Part shown: in pieces, positions 47,701 to 59,661 of the stretch
How the letters are laid out: each line of letters starts with the position of its first letter
Numbering within the stretch: the stretch's first letter is position 1
Origin: Klebsormidium nitens
Taxonomy: Eukaryota; Plantae; Klebsormidiophyceae
Length of the DNA stretch: 64,000 nt
Direction: 5' to 3'
Assembly (NCBI GenBank): GCA_000708835.1
Contig: DF237214.1
Coordinates: 54,629-118,628 of the forward strand
Position numbers and translations under genes: made by a program
Notes under the pieces: generated by a model
What the model saw: the letters and a program-made list of their open reading frames with translations, nothing else
Told to the model about the DNA's origin: nothing
The model's database searches: none

Positions 47701-50700
47701 TCTGCCGTTGACGTCGTCCCTGCTTACATAGTCTCGCTGTTTACACTCTGCAGCTGTGGGTGTCGAGCGTCGACTACACGGGAGATGTGCTGATTGGCCC
47801 GGGGATCGTCCGGCAAATGTCGGACACCTACCGCAAGTTCCGGGGCACCCTGCGCTACCTGCTCGGGAACCTCTTCGACTTCGACGTGAGTTGTGGTCGG
47901 GTGCTTTCTCTCATGTCCGCTTTGTGAGCTTCAGGGTCGTAGCAGCCTTTGAGACAACGTATGCTTGAATCGAGCATCTCGCTCTGCTGATGTTTGGTCG
48001 ACGGCATCAGCACCTGGAGGAAAGCGAATTCATATCTGTCTAGAGGGCCATTCAAAGACAAACGTCGGTAATATGTGCGATACCGTTTTTTTCGGATTCC
48101 GGTGAAAGCTTTAAGCCGATTTCTGGGGAAGCGGTTCGGGGCTTTGGGGTCCATCGGGTCTCGACCCGTTCTCGTGAGACTTGCATTGCACAGTTCGGTA
48201 GCCACTAGTCCTGGACCTGTTGAACTAAACAGAATTACCTTGCGAATACGGTTACAAGACACCAGGAAGAGAGGCACCAGACAACGCGCAGGCGGCTGAA
48301 AAGGGCTGTCATTCTCGGCGCCGCCCTCATATCCCTATTGGATTCGTAACCAAAACCCTGATCGACATCCAGATTGGTCAGCATGTTAATCAGCATCAGC
48401 CTTGCCTTAAGTTTTACCCTTGATCTCATGCGCAGTCAAGCATAGATGCGCTTCCGTACTCGTCTCTCCTCGCGGTGGACCGGTACACGGTGTCCTGACC
48501 TTTGCCGTAACCTTAATTATAACCTCTCCGTACTATAACCACGAACCATAACCTGACCCTAAACCTGAATCCCCGTGCAGCCGACCAAAGATGTTTTGCC
48601 GTACTCGTCCCTCCCCGCGGTGGACCGCTACACGCTGGCCAAGCTGGCGGGCGTGATGGGCGAGGTGCGCGAGAGCTACGAGAAGTACCAGTTCTACCGC
48701 TTCTACCAACTCGTGCAGCGGTTCATGGTCGTCGACCTCTCCAACTTCTACTTCGACATCTGCAAGTGAGCGCCTCTTTCTGACAATCCCGTCTTTTGGT
48801 CTCATACAAACTTAGTTCTACATATTGTTGCGAGTGCTCTCTGTAACACCTCTTTAACTTATACTTCGACATCTGCAAGTGAGCGCGCTTTGACCTGACG
48901 GTGCCCTCTTCAGTGACTTCCGCATCTTTTGGATAAAATCAAATCCTGTCCTTCTTCCAACTTCAACTTCAAACTTTCTTTACTACAACAATGTCGTCAG
49001 GACGGTGTTCCACGACAGTCGACGAAGTCGGGCGGCTTGTACTTTCTTTTACTCCCTGCTCAAAGCTCCGCAAGTGAGCGTACTCTTCTGCGATGATGAC
49101 TTCATGCCCTAGTCCCCTGGACTATTTCTCATTTCGTCGCGTGCGGTCCTTGGTAACTTCTTACAAACGACTTTGACGATTGCAATCCTATATCTGAAAC
49201 TTGTTCTTCCAGGGACCGACTCTACATCGACTCCCCCGACGGTTTCTCCCGCCGCGCCGCCCAGACCGTCCTCTCGTCGACCCTCCTCTGTCTAGTTCGC
49301 GCAATCGCCCCGGTGCTGCCCCACATGGCCGAGGACGCGTGGCAGAACCTGCCCCATAAGATCGAGACACGTGGCGGCGTAGCAGAGACGGTGTTCGAGG
49401 CGGGCTGGCCGGAGGTCGAGGAGGAGTGGCGGACGTTCTCGGAGGAGGACAGTGCGTTCTGGGCTAAGCTGCTGCTGGTAAGACTTTGCAGAAAAGTAAG
49501 AGAAGAATCTGTGTGGTGGGTAATTGTGCCGCATGAGTCGAAAGCGGATCCAGTGCAGTTGCCGCAGCACAGAAGTTTGGATTGGTTCATTTTAGCAAAG
49601 CCGTGAAACGCCATTCTTGGATGAGCACCGAAAGAGGGTTTCAAGGAGTTTCAGTGGGCTGCGAAATTTCCTTTTGCTCGAGGTGCTACACTTGATGTTC
49701 ACACTTGATGTTCACATGTTCACAGGGACTTCAAGATTGAGCACGGGCCATGTCCTGACTATTGGTGGAGCCCAAAACGAAACGAGTCCTTGTTCTTCTA
49801 CTCTTTTACAACGCTAATCAGCAATCCACGGGATGATGCAATCCGCCCTCACTCTTCCCGTCCATTCCGCAGATCCGGAACGAGGTCAACAAGGTCATCG
49901 AAGCCGCTCGGAATGCGAAGCTGATCGGGGCGTCCCTCGAGGCGAAGGCCATACTCTGCGCGACAGACCCGGCGGTCGCCGAGAAGCTGCGGGGAATGGC
50001 CGACGGGGCGCACCCAGTGGACCAGCTGCGGTACATGTTCATAACGTCACAGGTAAGGGAACGCGCACTTGCGTCTTAAAGCGGAACGTCGATCTGTTGA
50101 GGTTTACGGACAAGCGTCCGTTCTGGCTCATGTGGGTTGTACGTATTCTTGGTCTTGTTGAGACGTCGTGTATGTTGCTCGGGCCCTTGTCCTGCCGTTT
50201 GCTGGGCAGTATATAGACGCAGAGCGGGTGACGTAAGCAGGCGGCGTAGGGCCGAGGCACCGTGATTGTCTTGCTCAAGATAATTGGAACAGCGCAGGCT
50301 GCAACCTCTTGGTAGCTTGCGTTCCGTTACGAAGAAAACTAGAGGTTTGTGGAGCGAACTCCGTCTGCCAATGGCTCCGGCGGTTCGCTCGCATGATATT
50401 TAAAAATCAAAGCGAGCCACTAGGCGCGAACGCCTTCCAAACACAATTCGTCTCAGGCGCTTGAGATTCTGCATAGGAACGGCAGTTTCATCACGTGGAG
50501 GGAAACCGCGGACGGCAAATGCCCTTCTTCTTACAAATGCTGTTTCGCCCGCTGTCTTGTGATCGCCAATTTGCAACCCAGTCAGGCTTACGTGGTTAGC
50601 GGGCAGATGCTCGTGATATCCTCAGCCCATTATTATATCAGAGCTGTCACTGAAGCAGAACATGGATCTGGTGGAATAGGGATTTGACTGAAGCCCGAAC

Positions 50701-50989
50701 CCACGAAGCAACCTTACCTAGGTGTAACCACGTCACGCAGGTCGAAGTGTTAGACTCCCGGGAGGCCTTCGAAGCCCTCAACCCGGAGCACCGAAACACG
50801 GCAGACATCGAAGGGGTGGGCGAACTGTTGGTGGGCGTTGTGCGGGCGGACGGTGGGAAATGCGAGCGGTGTTGGAACTACTCGACGCTCGTTGGGAGCA
50901 GCGAGGCGCACCCAACGCTGTGCGAGCGGTGCGAACCGGTCATCGAGAAGCGGGGGGCGGAGAAACCATTGGAGGCAGTCGCTGCCTGA
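38788..50989 (+). CDS. OVA2: Organellar (bacterial-type) isoleucyl-tRNA synthetase with N-terminal transit peptide. Exons: 38788-38977, 39539-39792, 40287-40356, 41032-41144, 41725-41901, 42198-42348, 42642-42807, 43326-43548, 43813-44051, 44974-45194, 45528-45659, 46173-46321, 47145-47285, 47754-47885, 48581-48765, 49213-49477, 49873-50052, 50741-50989
   Basis: [16 protein letters not shown] (HIGH), [61 protein letters not shown] and C-terminal CERCW..CERC zinc site. Eighteen in-phase GT-AG exons. The symbol is the Arabidopsis orthologue name (bacterial ileS family). Confidence 0.96.
44360..44973 (+). repeat. Four tandem copies of acceptor plus 5' ~85 nt of IleRS exon 44974
   Basis: Copies start at 44373, 44523, 44679 and 44840, each after a GCAG acceptor. 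Confidence 0.95.
46322..46740 (+). repeat. Three to four copies of the 3' end plus donor of IleRS exon 46173-46321
   Basis: CC(G/A)TA(T/C)AAGTCG|GTGAG recurs ending at 46428, 46544 and 46625; a decayed copy lies at ~46730. Confidence 0.92.
48420..49085 (+). repeat. Copies of both ends of IleRS exon 48581-48765
   Basis: 5' copy CCGTACTCGTCTCTCCTCGCGGTGGACCGGTACACG at ~48458-48493; 3' copies ..CAA|GTGAGCG ending at 48878 and 49073. Confidence 0.85.
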
Positions 50990-53056
50990 GAATAAGGAAA
51001 GTGAAGTTTGCGGTAGAACGGTGGTGACTGGTATACCGGAGATTGCGTTTCTTTCTGACGCTGTGGCCCTTGCTTGACTTTAGGCGCCGAGCTGAGGGGC
51101 TGGCTTCCGGCCCCTGTACATGCTTTTGAGCATTTCTCCACACGTACGTTGTGTGGTGTGCAATCAAAAAATCCAAGCTGCTGGCTCTGGTTGCATATAT
51201 ATGTTCGATGCACGTGAAGCGAACGGCGATTTGAGTTGAGTGGATCAAAACTCAGTGAACTCTGACGTCCGGTGGTTGACACATATGTAACTTGCTCGTA
51301 GTGTCACAATTAGACAAGTGTTCCACAACCTGCTCGTTTTAGAGCTTCGTGCATTCTAGGCCTTCAATGGCGACCTCATTAGTACTCCATTTTTGCTTGA
51401 GCCGTGTGACAAATGGCATGCACGCGGTGTCAGTCATCGTATTCGAATCGTCCAGATGATTGCCTGGGAGTGACCGGAACTCAGCTAGCTGGCACTGAGC
51501 CCGTGATTACGGTGGTAAGGTAAAGTGCTCTGAAGTCGGACGCTTCCTTTTGTCGGACACCCCCTTTCTCGAAAGTCAGACATGCTCATTCCAAATCTCG
51601 GACAGGGGGGTCTGTGGCAGTTTCAGTGTAGTTCGGCCGTTACATGTTCATTGTCAACGGATTCAATGCTTTGCCTATAGAGGACCTTCAGCGGTTCTCC
51701 AAGGCCTCAATTTTCTCACTCTTAGTACAGTGTTTCGGGGGGTACACTGGACCCCGTGGAACCCTGTGATTAGCCGGCGGGACAGTTATGAAAAGGTTTT
51801 TTGTTGGAATATCCTGGTGCATGGTTGTTGACAGAAGTCCTTGCCAACACTTACATTGCCCCATCTTATACTGCCAATATCTAGGATTCCGCTGACAAAT
51901 ACCCTATAGTATAGCCTCGTGAAATATCAGTGTGTGCATGTTTCGAGAAGTGAAGTATTTGTTTAGCCAGAAGGCTTGGGATCATGCCAGGAGCACATCT
52001 GAAGCCTCCGTTTTACACTTTCTACATGGCCATCTGACGGCCAAAAAGATTGTTATTGAGCCTAGATGTACGAGAGTCGAAAAAGGGTGTCCGAGAAATG
52101 GAATTCGTCCGTTTTCGTGCTAGCTCGTTTGACGAGATAACTGGGTCAAAACTTTATTCGTCGTTTTTGACCATGCAGGTATTGAGTGGCAAGTAGCGCT
52201 TAGTACGATCATGTAGATTCCGACATTTTGTCAAGCACAAAAATGGCCATCTTTTGACCTTTGATTTCCTTGACCGCGCTTAGGTGTCCGAGAATTGGTG
52301 CTTTACCTCGCAAAGAGACGAGGTCAACGAGGTAGGCCTCATACGCCGGGTATCCTACTCGGCAGTGGCACCGGTTCGGTTGTGATACATATGACGCCAT
52401 AGGCACTCTTCCAATGAATGAAGTGCAACGGACTCCGCACGATTATTGTACGGACACATCCTTTAGTCGCTGAGCACCTGCCATCTGGCAATGAGGTTAC
52501 CGGTACGAATCCGGCTCCCGATTTGTGCGGACCACGAAATCGGAAAGAGCCGGGCCGGCCTGTCAGCATCGAAAGGACTCCCCCTGCGTCGCTTCAGAGC
52601 GTGGGTGCCGCAGTGACTGCGCCAGGAGCACTGCTGCCGGCTGCAATTTTCTTTGGACGATGAAGGGGCCTTGCAGGTTGCAGAACTAGATGCGCTTGTG
52701 GCAACAACAACATTCCTGAAATCCTATCTTCTCAACGGGTCCTCGACCAATCCTCTAGGATTTGATACGGCTATTCCTCTGGCCCGAACGCCCGCCATCA
52801 TGGCGAATGCCCGCTTCCTGGGGGACTCTTGGGCTCACCAACACGGATTCTGAGGCATCGCTTTGAGCAGCTGTTTTGTTGGAGATGAAGCAAACGCGAA
52901 AGGTGGCGGCTAGTGACTCGCAACATACTCTGGCTGGTGCATTTGAAGTGCGCTTACGTCTACACATCTAACCGCCCTTCAAGGAGACACTTGTGTGCCC
53001 GTGTTGGGCCTTTTCTCCGCATTATTGCTGGTCAAGCAGTATAGATACTGACAACG

Positions 53057-56000
53057 ATGGCAGTGGGAAGGGAGTCACCTTTTGCCATTCGGTTGGTCCT
53101 GAAGGGGTTGCTATTTGCAGTAATACTGGCCCTCGGTGTTGTGGGATTTGCCTGCAGCGCTGCCCGAGAATCAAAACTCCCTGGCGTCTACAGCAATGGA
53201 TCTGACCCTGACAAATCTGAGTGCGAGCTGGAGCGTGCTTTAGCACTTGTGGCACTTAGTGTGGCCTGCATAAGTTTGGCCTTGGGTCTGGGGCCTCTTG
53301 CGGTGGCTTCCATCAGCATACGGCGTCATCTCAAAGGAAGTTGGAGAGTTGGAGGCCTTGTACTGGCCTGTGTGTAAGTGAATGCTTCAAGCTTTTTCCA
53401 CGATCTTCAAGCGTTCAAAAACCATAATCCAATTAGCCTTCAGACATCTGGTTTGTACTCAGAGAAACAGGCACTCTGGAATACGGGACTCTGTTTGTAG
53501 ACTCTCTGGGATCAAGAGTCACAGGCACAATGACATGTTGAGCTGATGCTTTCTGCTTCATCAGATGCAAAGGTTGCTTGGACTGCTTATTGTGTGAATG
53601 GAGCAGAGTCAACTCAAAACTACGGGTCACGGTCGAAGAGAACGATGTTCAAGATTCTGTTTGGAGATTCATTCCCTTGTTCATGGATTGCATAATCAGT
53701 TTCAAACAGCTGAATGTGTGCCAAATATTGCTGTCAAGGGAGGCCCATCAGCAACCTATCCCTGAACTCGTCATTCAATATTTCTACAGCTTGTCTGTAG
53801 ACAAATTCGTCTCAAAGCCTGTTTGCTCAATCACATTAGGAACAATGTGAGGAGCCGAGTCTGTACGGGCCTCCTAGCTGCCGGTAGTTGTTTCTGGTTT
53901 TGAATCTTTATTTTTGCATTTGAGGCCACCTTTAGGCTTTGATGCTGAAAACTGGTTGCTTGATCTGTAGGGTGCTCCTCTTCTGGGTTGCAAGCATTGT
54001 GCTTGCGGGATTGGCCACAAAATCTGCAGACTATTAATATACATGTACGAAAGGGAGTACGTCTGTGTGTATAACAGCCGGAGTTGGAGTTGGAAACCCG
54101 GAGTTGGAGTTGCGGGGGGCATAGCATTGCTCATGGCTGGTCTGCTGCTATTTGGCATACATGCCTACCTACACGTTACCCTCAAGCGAACCGCAGATAA
54201 TGTTAGTCAGGATCGTTTAAGCATGAAGAACAATCCCGGTACAGACGAAGAATCAGGTATGCTTCGAACTGTTCTTCTCATTTTTTCCCGTAAGAAGAAG
54301 CTTTTTGTGCTCTCTTCTTCCCCCTTTTATAATGTGCCTCAATCCAGGTCGGTCGAGAATGGTGCTAACCTGCTCTAGTTGGTCAATGATTGATGACAAC
54401 CCTTGAAAGAGTCATGCTGATTTCTCTGAGATCTTAACTTTGGAGTCGGCCTCTCATCAACAAAAGCGATCTCATTGAATTGCGTTGAAAATTTTGAGGA
54501 AGGTTGTTGGAAGATTTTCGAGCAGTGGACACCTAAAGTGGACGAAAGGTAATTGTCACTTGCATGAGTGGGCCTTCATCTTGTTTGGCACTATTGCATT
54601 GGGGAGGTCTCTTTCCACACTCTTAAGAATTGACTCTTGATCACAGTCCAACGGTTTTCTGTTTTGCCCTAAGGATGAGTCGGTCACAACGTCACACCGC
54701 TTGGACGATAGAGAGGAAGCACGAACAAATCAGCTCTTTTGCCCAAGTGCATCACTTCTGGGTTGTATTAACATGGTATGTATCATTGAGAAATCCCTGG
54801 AAATACCAGCATACTTTGCAACGCTGGCCATGCTGACGTCATTTTATGAGACGATTCTTGGCAGGGCGTGCAAACCATGACAAGGACGGGAGCATCAAGG
54901 ACCTTTATGGTGACGACACTCGGGAGCCCCCTCCGCAACAGAAACAAAAGCGGCCCAAGCAGACAAGCGCGCCCCCCAGCGGGGATGCTTTTGCCTGGCC
55001 GGAGATGACCAACTCTCAGTCTGGCGTGGGGCAACAAAGAAGTGGCTCGCACTTTAGTAGTGGACGTAACAGTACGTCGTTTGCATCTGGGGGGACGCAA
55101 GGCACGGCCAGCGCGCCCCCTGCCCCAACTCCCGCCCCGTATGGGGTTATGGTGTTGAGTATTGCGGAGGTGGTGCAGTCAACTGAGAATTTCTCGACGA
55201 AGAACTTTCTGGGTAAGCTGTTGGACATCAACTTAAAAGTTTGACACTGTCTGAACAGCCCGCCTTTACCGTGTTGTCCTCAGCTTCTCACCTTTGTAAA
55301 GCTTTCAAGCTCTCTCGTCTGAATTTGAAGGTGCATCGCTGCCCCGTTCATATCAGTCCTTTCGAAAATCACTAACACGAAGCAAGACTGTTGATGTGTC
55401 ACACGGGGTATGAGACCACAATAACTCCCCCTCTTTTCGTTAGCACGGAAAGACACAGGATACGTCTCGTTACAAACAAGCCCGCTGTTATACATGTACT
55501 GCCATTCAGATTGCCTTCCGAGCATCTGGTCAAGGGATATATAGAAGGTCTCCAGGACATTCGCAATCTGTAACCCCCCAGATTTGATCAACCACAGTTC
55601 ACCTAGAGCCCTAGGACAAGTTTCCATGCATCAGGACACCAAATTGGGTCCTCCCTACACAATATTGGGCCGCGCTTTTGACTTGCCTCGACCGCCAGTT
55701 TGCTGACTCGCTATATAGAACAGTCGAACGCTGCTAAGCCTTAAAAAAGACTCGGCAGCTTTCAACGGTATGTTTTGAAGACTTCTCAAGACAGTCCGCC
55801 ACACACTCCAACACGTCTGCCAAGAACACCCGTTCCAGATCTTATCAACTTCCTTCGCTTAGGTCAAGGCGGGTTCTCAAACGTCTACCGGGGCATCCTA
55901 TCGGACGGCCGCACGGTTGCCGTCAAAAGGCTGCACTTCCACTCTCTCACCGGCGGCCAAGAGACGGCCGCCGGCGAGCGGGACTTCCAGGCAGAGGCGT

Positions 56001-59000
56001 CCATAATCGCCCGTGTGCATCATAGGCACTTGGTCCAACTGGTCGGTTTCTGTACCAACGCCCAGGAGCGGATCTTGGTGCTAGAGTATATGAAGAACGG
56101 GAGCCTGGCTGACAACTTGTACGGTGAGGGACTCGAAGGCCCTGATCGCCGCGGCGGAGAAAGCGGTGTCATGAAAATATGTGACTATGTACATACCCGT
56201 GGCGTAGCGCCAGGGTTTAAGTCTTTCCGTCAAACGGCGCTTCCTGAGCGCAAGCACATGTCTGTGTCTCATTTTGGGGGAGTACGGAAGTCTTCAGGAC
56301 ACTCAAGACAACATATGATGCACGAAAGCCCGTGACGAGAAGGGTGCTGAATATTTGAATCGGACCGTTCCGCCGATAGGCGGGTAAAGAAGCGGGTCCT
56401 CCAAACTTGCTTAAGATCGTTCGTATGGCCAATCCGCATAAATTGCATCATGGCACACCTTTTTGAGCTAGATAGAAAGTCGAGGTACCTGTTTTTGAGG
56501 GTTGGACCCGCGCCCCACGATCTTCCGTGCAAGGCCGACCTGACTTGGCATAGCAACCACTGCGCAGGTATTCGAGCGGCTTCCGTCATAAGTTGGCCTC
56601 AGCGATTGATCATTGCCATCGGAGCTGCGAAGGGGCTGGCGTACTTGCACGAAGACTGCCAGCCACGGATCGTTCACAGGTGAATTTAAGCTTCGATCTC
56701 CCTCGCCGAATGTCATCAGGACTGCCTTAGCAAATCGTTTCGTAGCTAGTCTATGCATCTGTTCGTACGGATATTCCTGTCGAAAGCTGCGAATGGTGTT
56801 CAAAATGCGCTTTTTAATTTGTCTCAAGACACTTGGAGTCGACGGACTTGCAAGCTTGCTAAAATCTATTTCCGCTTGGCTTGGATTGTCGATTCCCGTG
56901 GACGGAGTCTCCGCGAATTCCAGCCTTGGTTTAGGACAGGATTTGATTAGACGCCACGTCAACGGGCGCTCTCTCTTCCCTTTGCAGGGACATCAAAGCA
57001 AGTAACATCCTCCTGGACAGCAATCTAGGGGCAAAGGTGAGACGTCAGGATTGCTCTTCACTTAAAGGGGTTTCCAAAGACACTGCGTTTTCTCCTGTAA
57101 ACCTGGAATCAAGGGCGCACTGCCCATTCTATTGATGCTGCACTATGCAACGCAAGCACGTACAATCAAATTACCGTCGGCGTGTGTTGTGATCTGATCA
57201 TGAAATCAATCTAGACTGCCCTAATGAGGGCCTTGTTTTTTCCTTTGAGTGGCAGTATTTGAAGTCCACCTTCATGGATTAAAGGTAGCCTCCAACCTCT
57301 GCGTGTGCTTTTGACTTTTGCTCTGTGCTGACTTTGGTCTACGATCTCGCACTTTCTCTCACGAGCTGTATAGGAGTGCTGCACGATGCCGTCTGAAGCA
57401 TTCTGGCTTGGTCTGCGTCGGATTACACTGACCGCTGGTACCCCCTGATTTGCTTCCTCGGGCTTTCTTGCACGTGTCCGATAAACCCTTTTCCCGTTCG
57501 GAACCCCGTCCAGATGAAGTACCTGATTCGTGACTAACCAAGGGTAAACGGACTATGCAGATCTCCGACTTCGGCTTCGCGCGCTTTGCGCGCGAGTTCC
57601 AGTCGACCGCGACCGCGACGCGCACGGTGGGCACGTTCCAGTACCTCCCCCCCGAGTGCACCATGTATGGGGAGAAGAACACGGACAAGTCGGACGTCTA
57701 CAGCTTCGGCGTCGTGCTGCTGGAGCTGCTTGCGGGGCGGCCCCCCGTGGACCCGGGGCAGCCCAGGGAGCGGGTGGCGCTCATTGTCTGGGTACGTACG
57801 AGCGGCGTATTCTGGGCTTTCAAGTTAGATGTTCTGGAGGTGCTATTGTGGTTTCTGGTGGAGATTTAGGATCTGGCTTCAAGTGATTGCTAGATTCTTT
57901 GGGTTCAGATCGAGACGTGAACCCGGGGCAGCCCAGAGAGCGGGTGAAGTTCCTCGTTTGAGTACGTACTGGTCGGCGTGTATTTACTTTGTTTACTTGA
58001 TTGCTGCGTGGGCTTTGGTCGTGAGAGAGGGAGGGTCAGGGTCTTCCCTGATCAGATAAAGTCCCCGGTTGAGATGGGGTGACAACGTAAATCCGGGCAG
58101 CCCAGGCAGCGGGTGGCGCTCCTCCTCTGGGTACGTACCAGTCGGCGCCGTGTGCTGGACTTTTGTCAGTGGGGTGCTGCGTGGGTCCTGGTCATGAAAG
58201 TGGGAATCTGGCTTCATCTGATCGGCTAGATATCCTTGGCTTGAATCTGAGTGAGGATGTAAACTCGGGGCAGCCCAGGAGGCGGATGGCGCTCATCGTC
58301 TGGGCGCATGCCGGCTGGGTTCGCACTTCATTAGATGACACGTTACAGGCGGAACGCACAATTTCCAAATGGCTGAGGGACAAGCGGCGAGGCTGTCACT
58401 ATCGTCCATCTTGTCAACGTCGACAGATTGACGGCTCCGATCTGCTCTTTCCAGCCCAAGAGCGGGGGTCAAGCTTACGAGTCTGGTCCTGGTCGCTAAC
58501 ACCTAACGCCCAAATGCACTTTCAGACTGGCTTCATTAGGTGAAGATCTGACGGCTGTGACAGCGTTTCGGCCATCTCAGAATTGTGCGCTTCGCCTGGT
58601 TAACCCTCTTTCGAAGTGCCTCTTCTATCGAGCTTTTGAGAGTTCTGGGTCGTTCTAGCACGCCGTAACCTTTGTTTGAACGGTGAGTCGTGCTCCGAAA
58701 GGACCAGAAGGATTGGTTTCTTCTCGCACGGAGGCTTGAACAGGAGAGATGGGTGATAGTGCTAAGGCTCACGCCGTTGAGGTTATACGCGGGTATTCGA
58801 GTACACAATTGTATTTCTAGAATCTAAAATCTGCGGATTGGCAAAACTCCCAGGTCCGGAGAATGAGACACATATAGCATACAGTTTTCAGGGGCGGGAG
58901 ACGTGATGCCCAGATACACAAAAACGAGTCGTCGCTTGCAGGCTCGGCAGTTGAAGCAGACCCGCACGGAGCGTTTCATCTTGGATGAAAAGCTCGGCAA

Positions 59001-59661
59001 AGCGTACTCCGTTGATGAGGTAAGGCCTCCATGAAGCGCTCTCAGATCTGGTTCTGATTGCCCTGTACTGTTGGAGATTCCGGGCCGAGATTGACAAAGG
59101 GGTCGCGGACGCATTTGCAATACGTCACATAGCGACTGCACGACGCGCATTGCCTGCTTTGCTGTCGCTTGCTCAATTTGTGTGTTCCGAGCGGAAACCG
59201 CTGTCAATGGGTGACCGGTGCTGACGAATACAACGGCCCCGGAGATACGCCTTGTAAACATGCCATCTAAGTTATATGCTGCGATGAAAGCAGGGTTAAC
59301 TCAAACGTGACGGCAGCCGGCCCTTCCATGCCCAGGTCTGATGAAGCGCTCGAATCGCAAAAGCCCCGCTGTTGCCGCACACAAGTATGTACTACGTCTG
59401 GTGATAAACCTCTCATAGAAGCCCTCGGCGACTGGTTGACTGCGCCATTCTCTTTTGCAGGTACTGAGGGTGTTTGACTGCGCAATCGCGTGCATCAACG
59501 ACCTCCCGGAGGCAAGGCCTTCCATGGGTCAAGTCCTACGCATGCTGGAGGGCGTCGGACCCACTCCGCCAGTACCACCAGCCGCGCAGCCTTCCACTGT
59601 TTTTGGCACGAACACCGACGTCTCGATGGTAATCCCCATGACCATGACCGAGGGGAGGTGA
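53057..59661 (+). CDS. RLK/Pelle-family Ser/Thr kinase (RD type) with multiple N-terminal hydrophobic segments. Exons: 53057-53373, 54078-54256, 54865-55212, 55863-56123, 56568-56679, 56988-57036, 57561-57791, 58942-59019, 59461-59661
   Basis: [78 protein letters not shown] and [12 protein letters not shown]. The kinase exons are secure; the first two exons are joined on phase consistency only. Confidence 0.88.
57792..58320 (+). repeat. Three copies of the 3' end plus donor of kinase exon 57561-57791, ~170-bp period
   Basis: GGGCAGCCCAG..GCGG.TG..G.TC.T..T.TG(G/A)|GTACGTAC ending at 57961, 58130 and 58303 (the last has a decayed donor). Confidence 0.9.
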
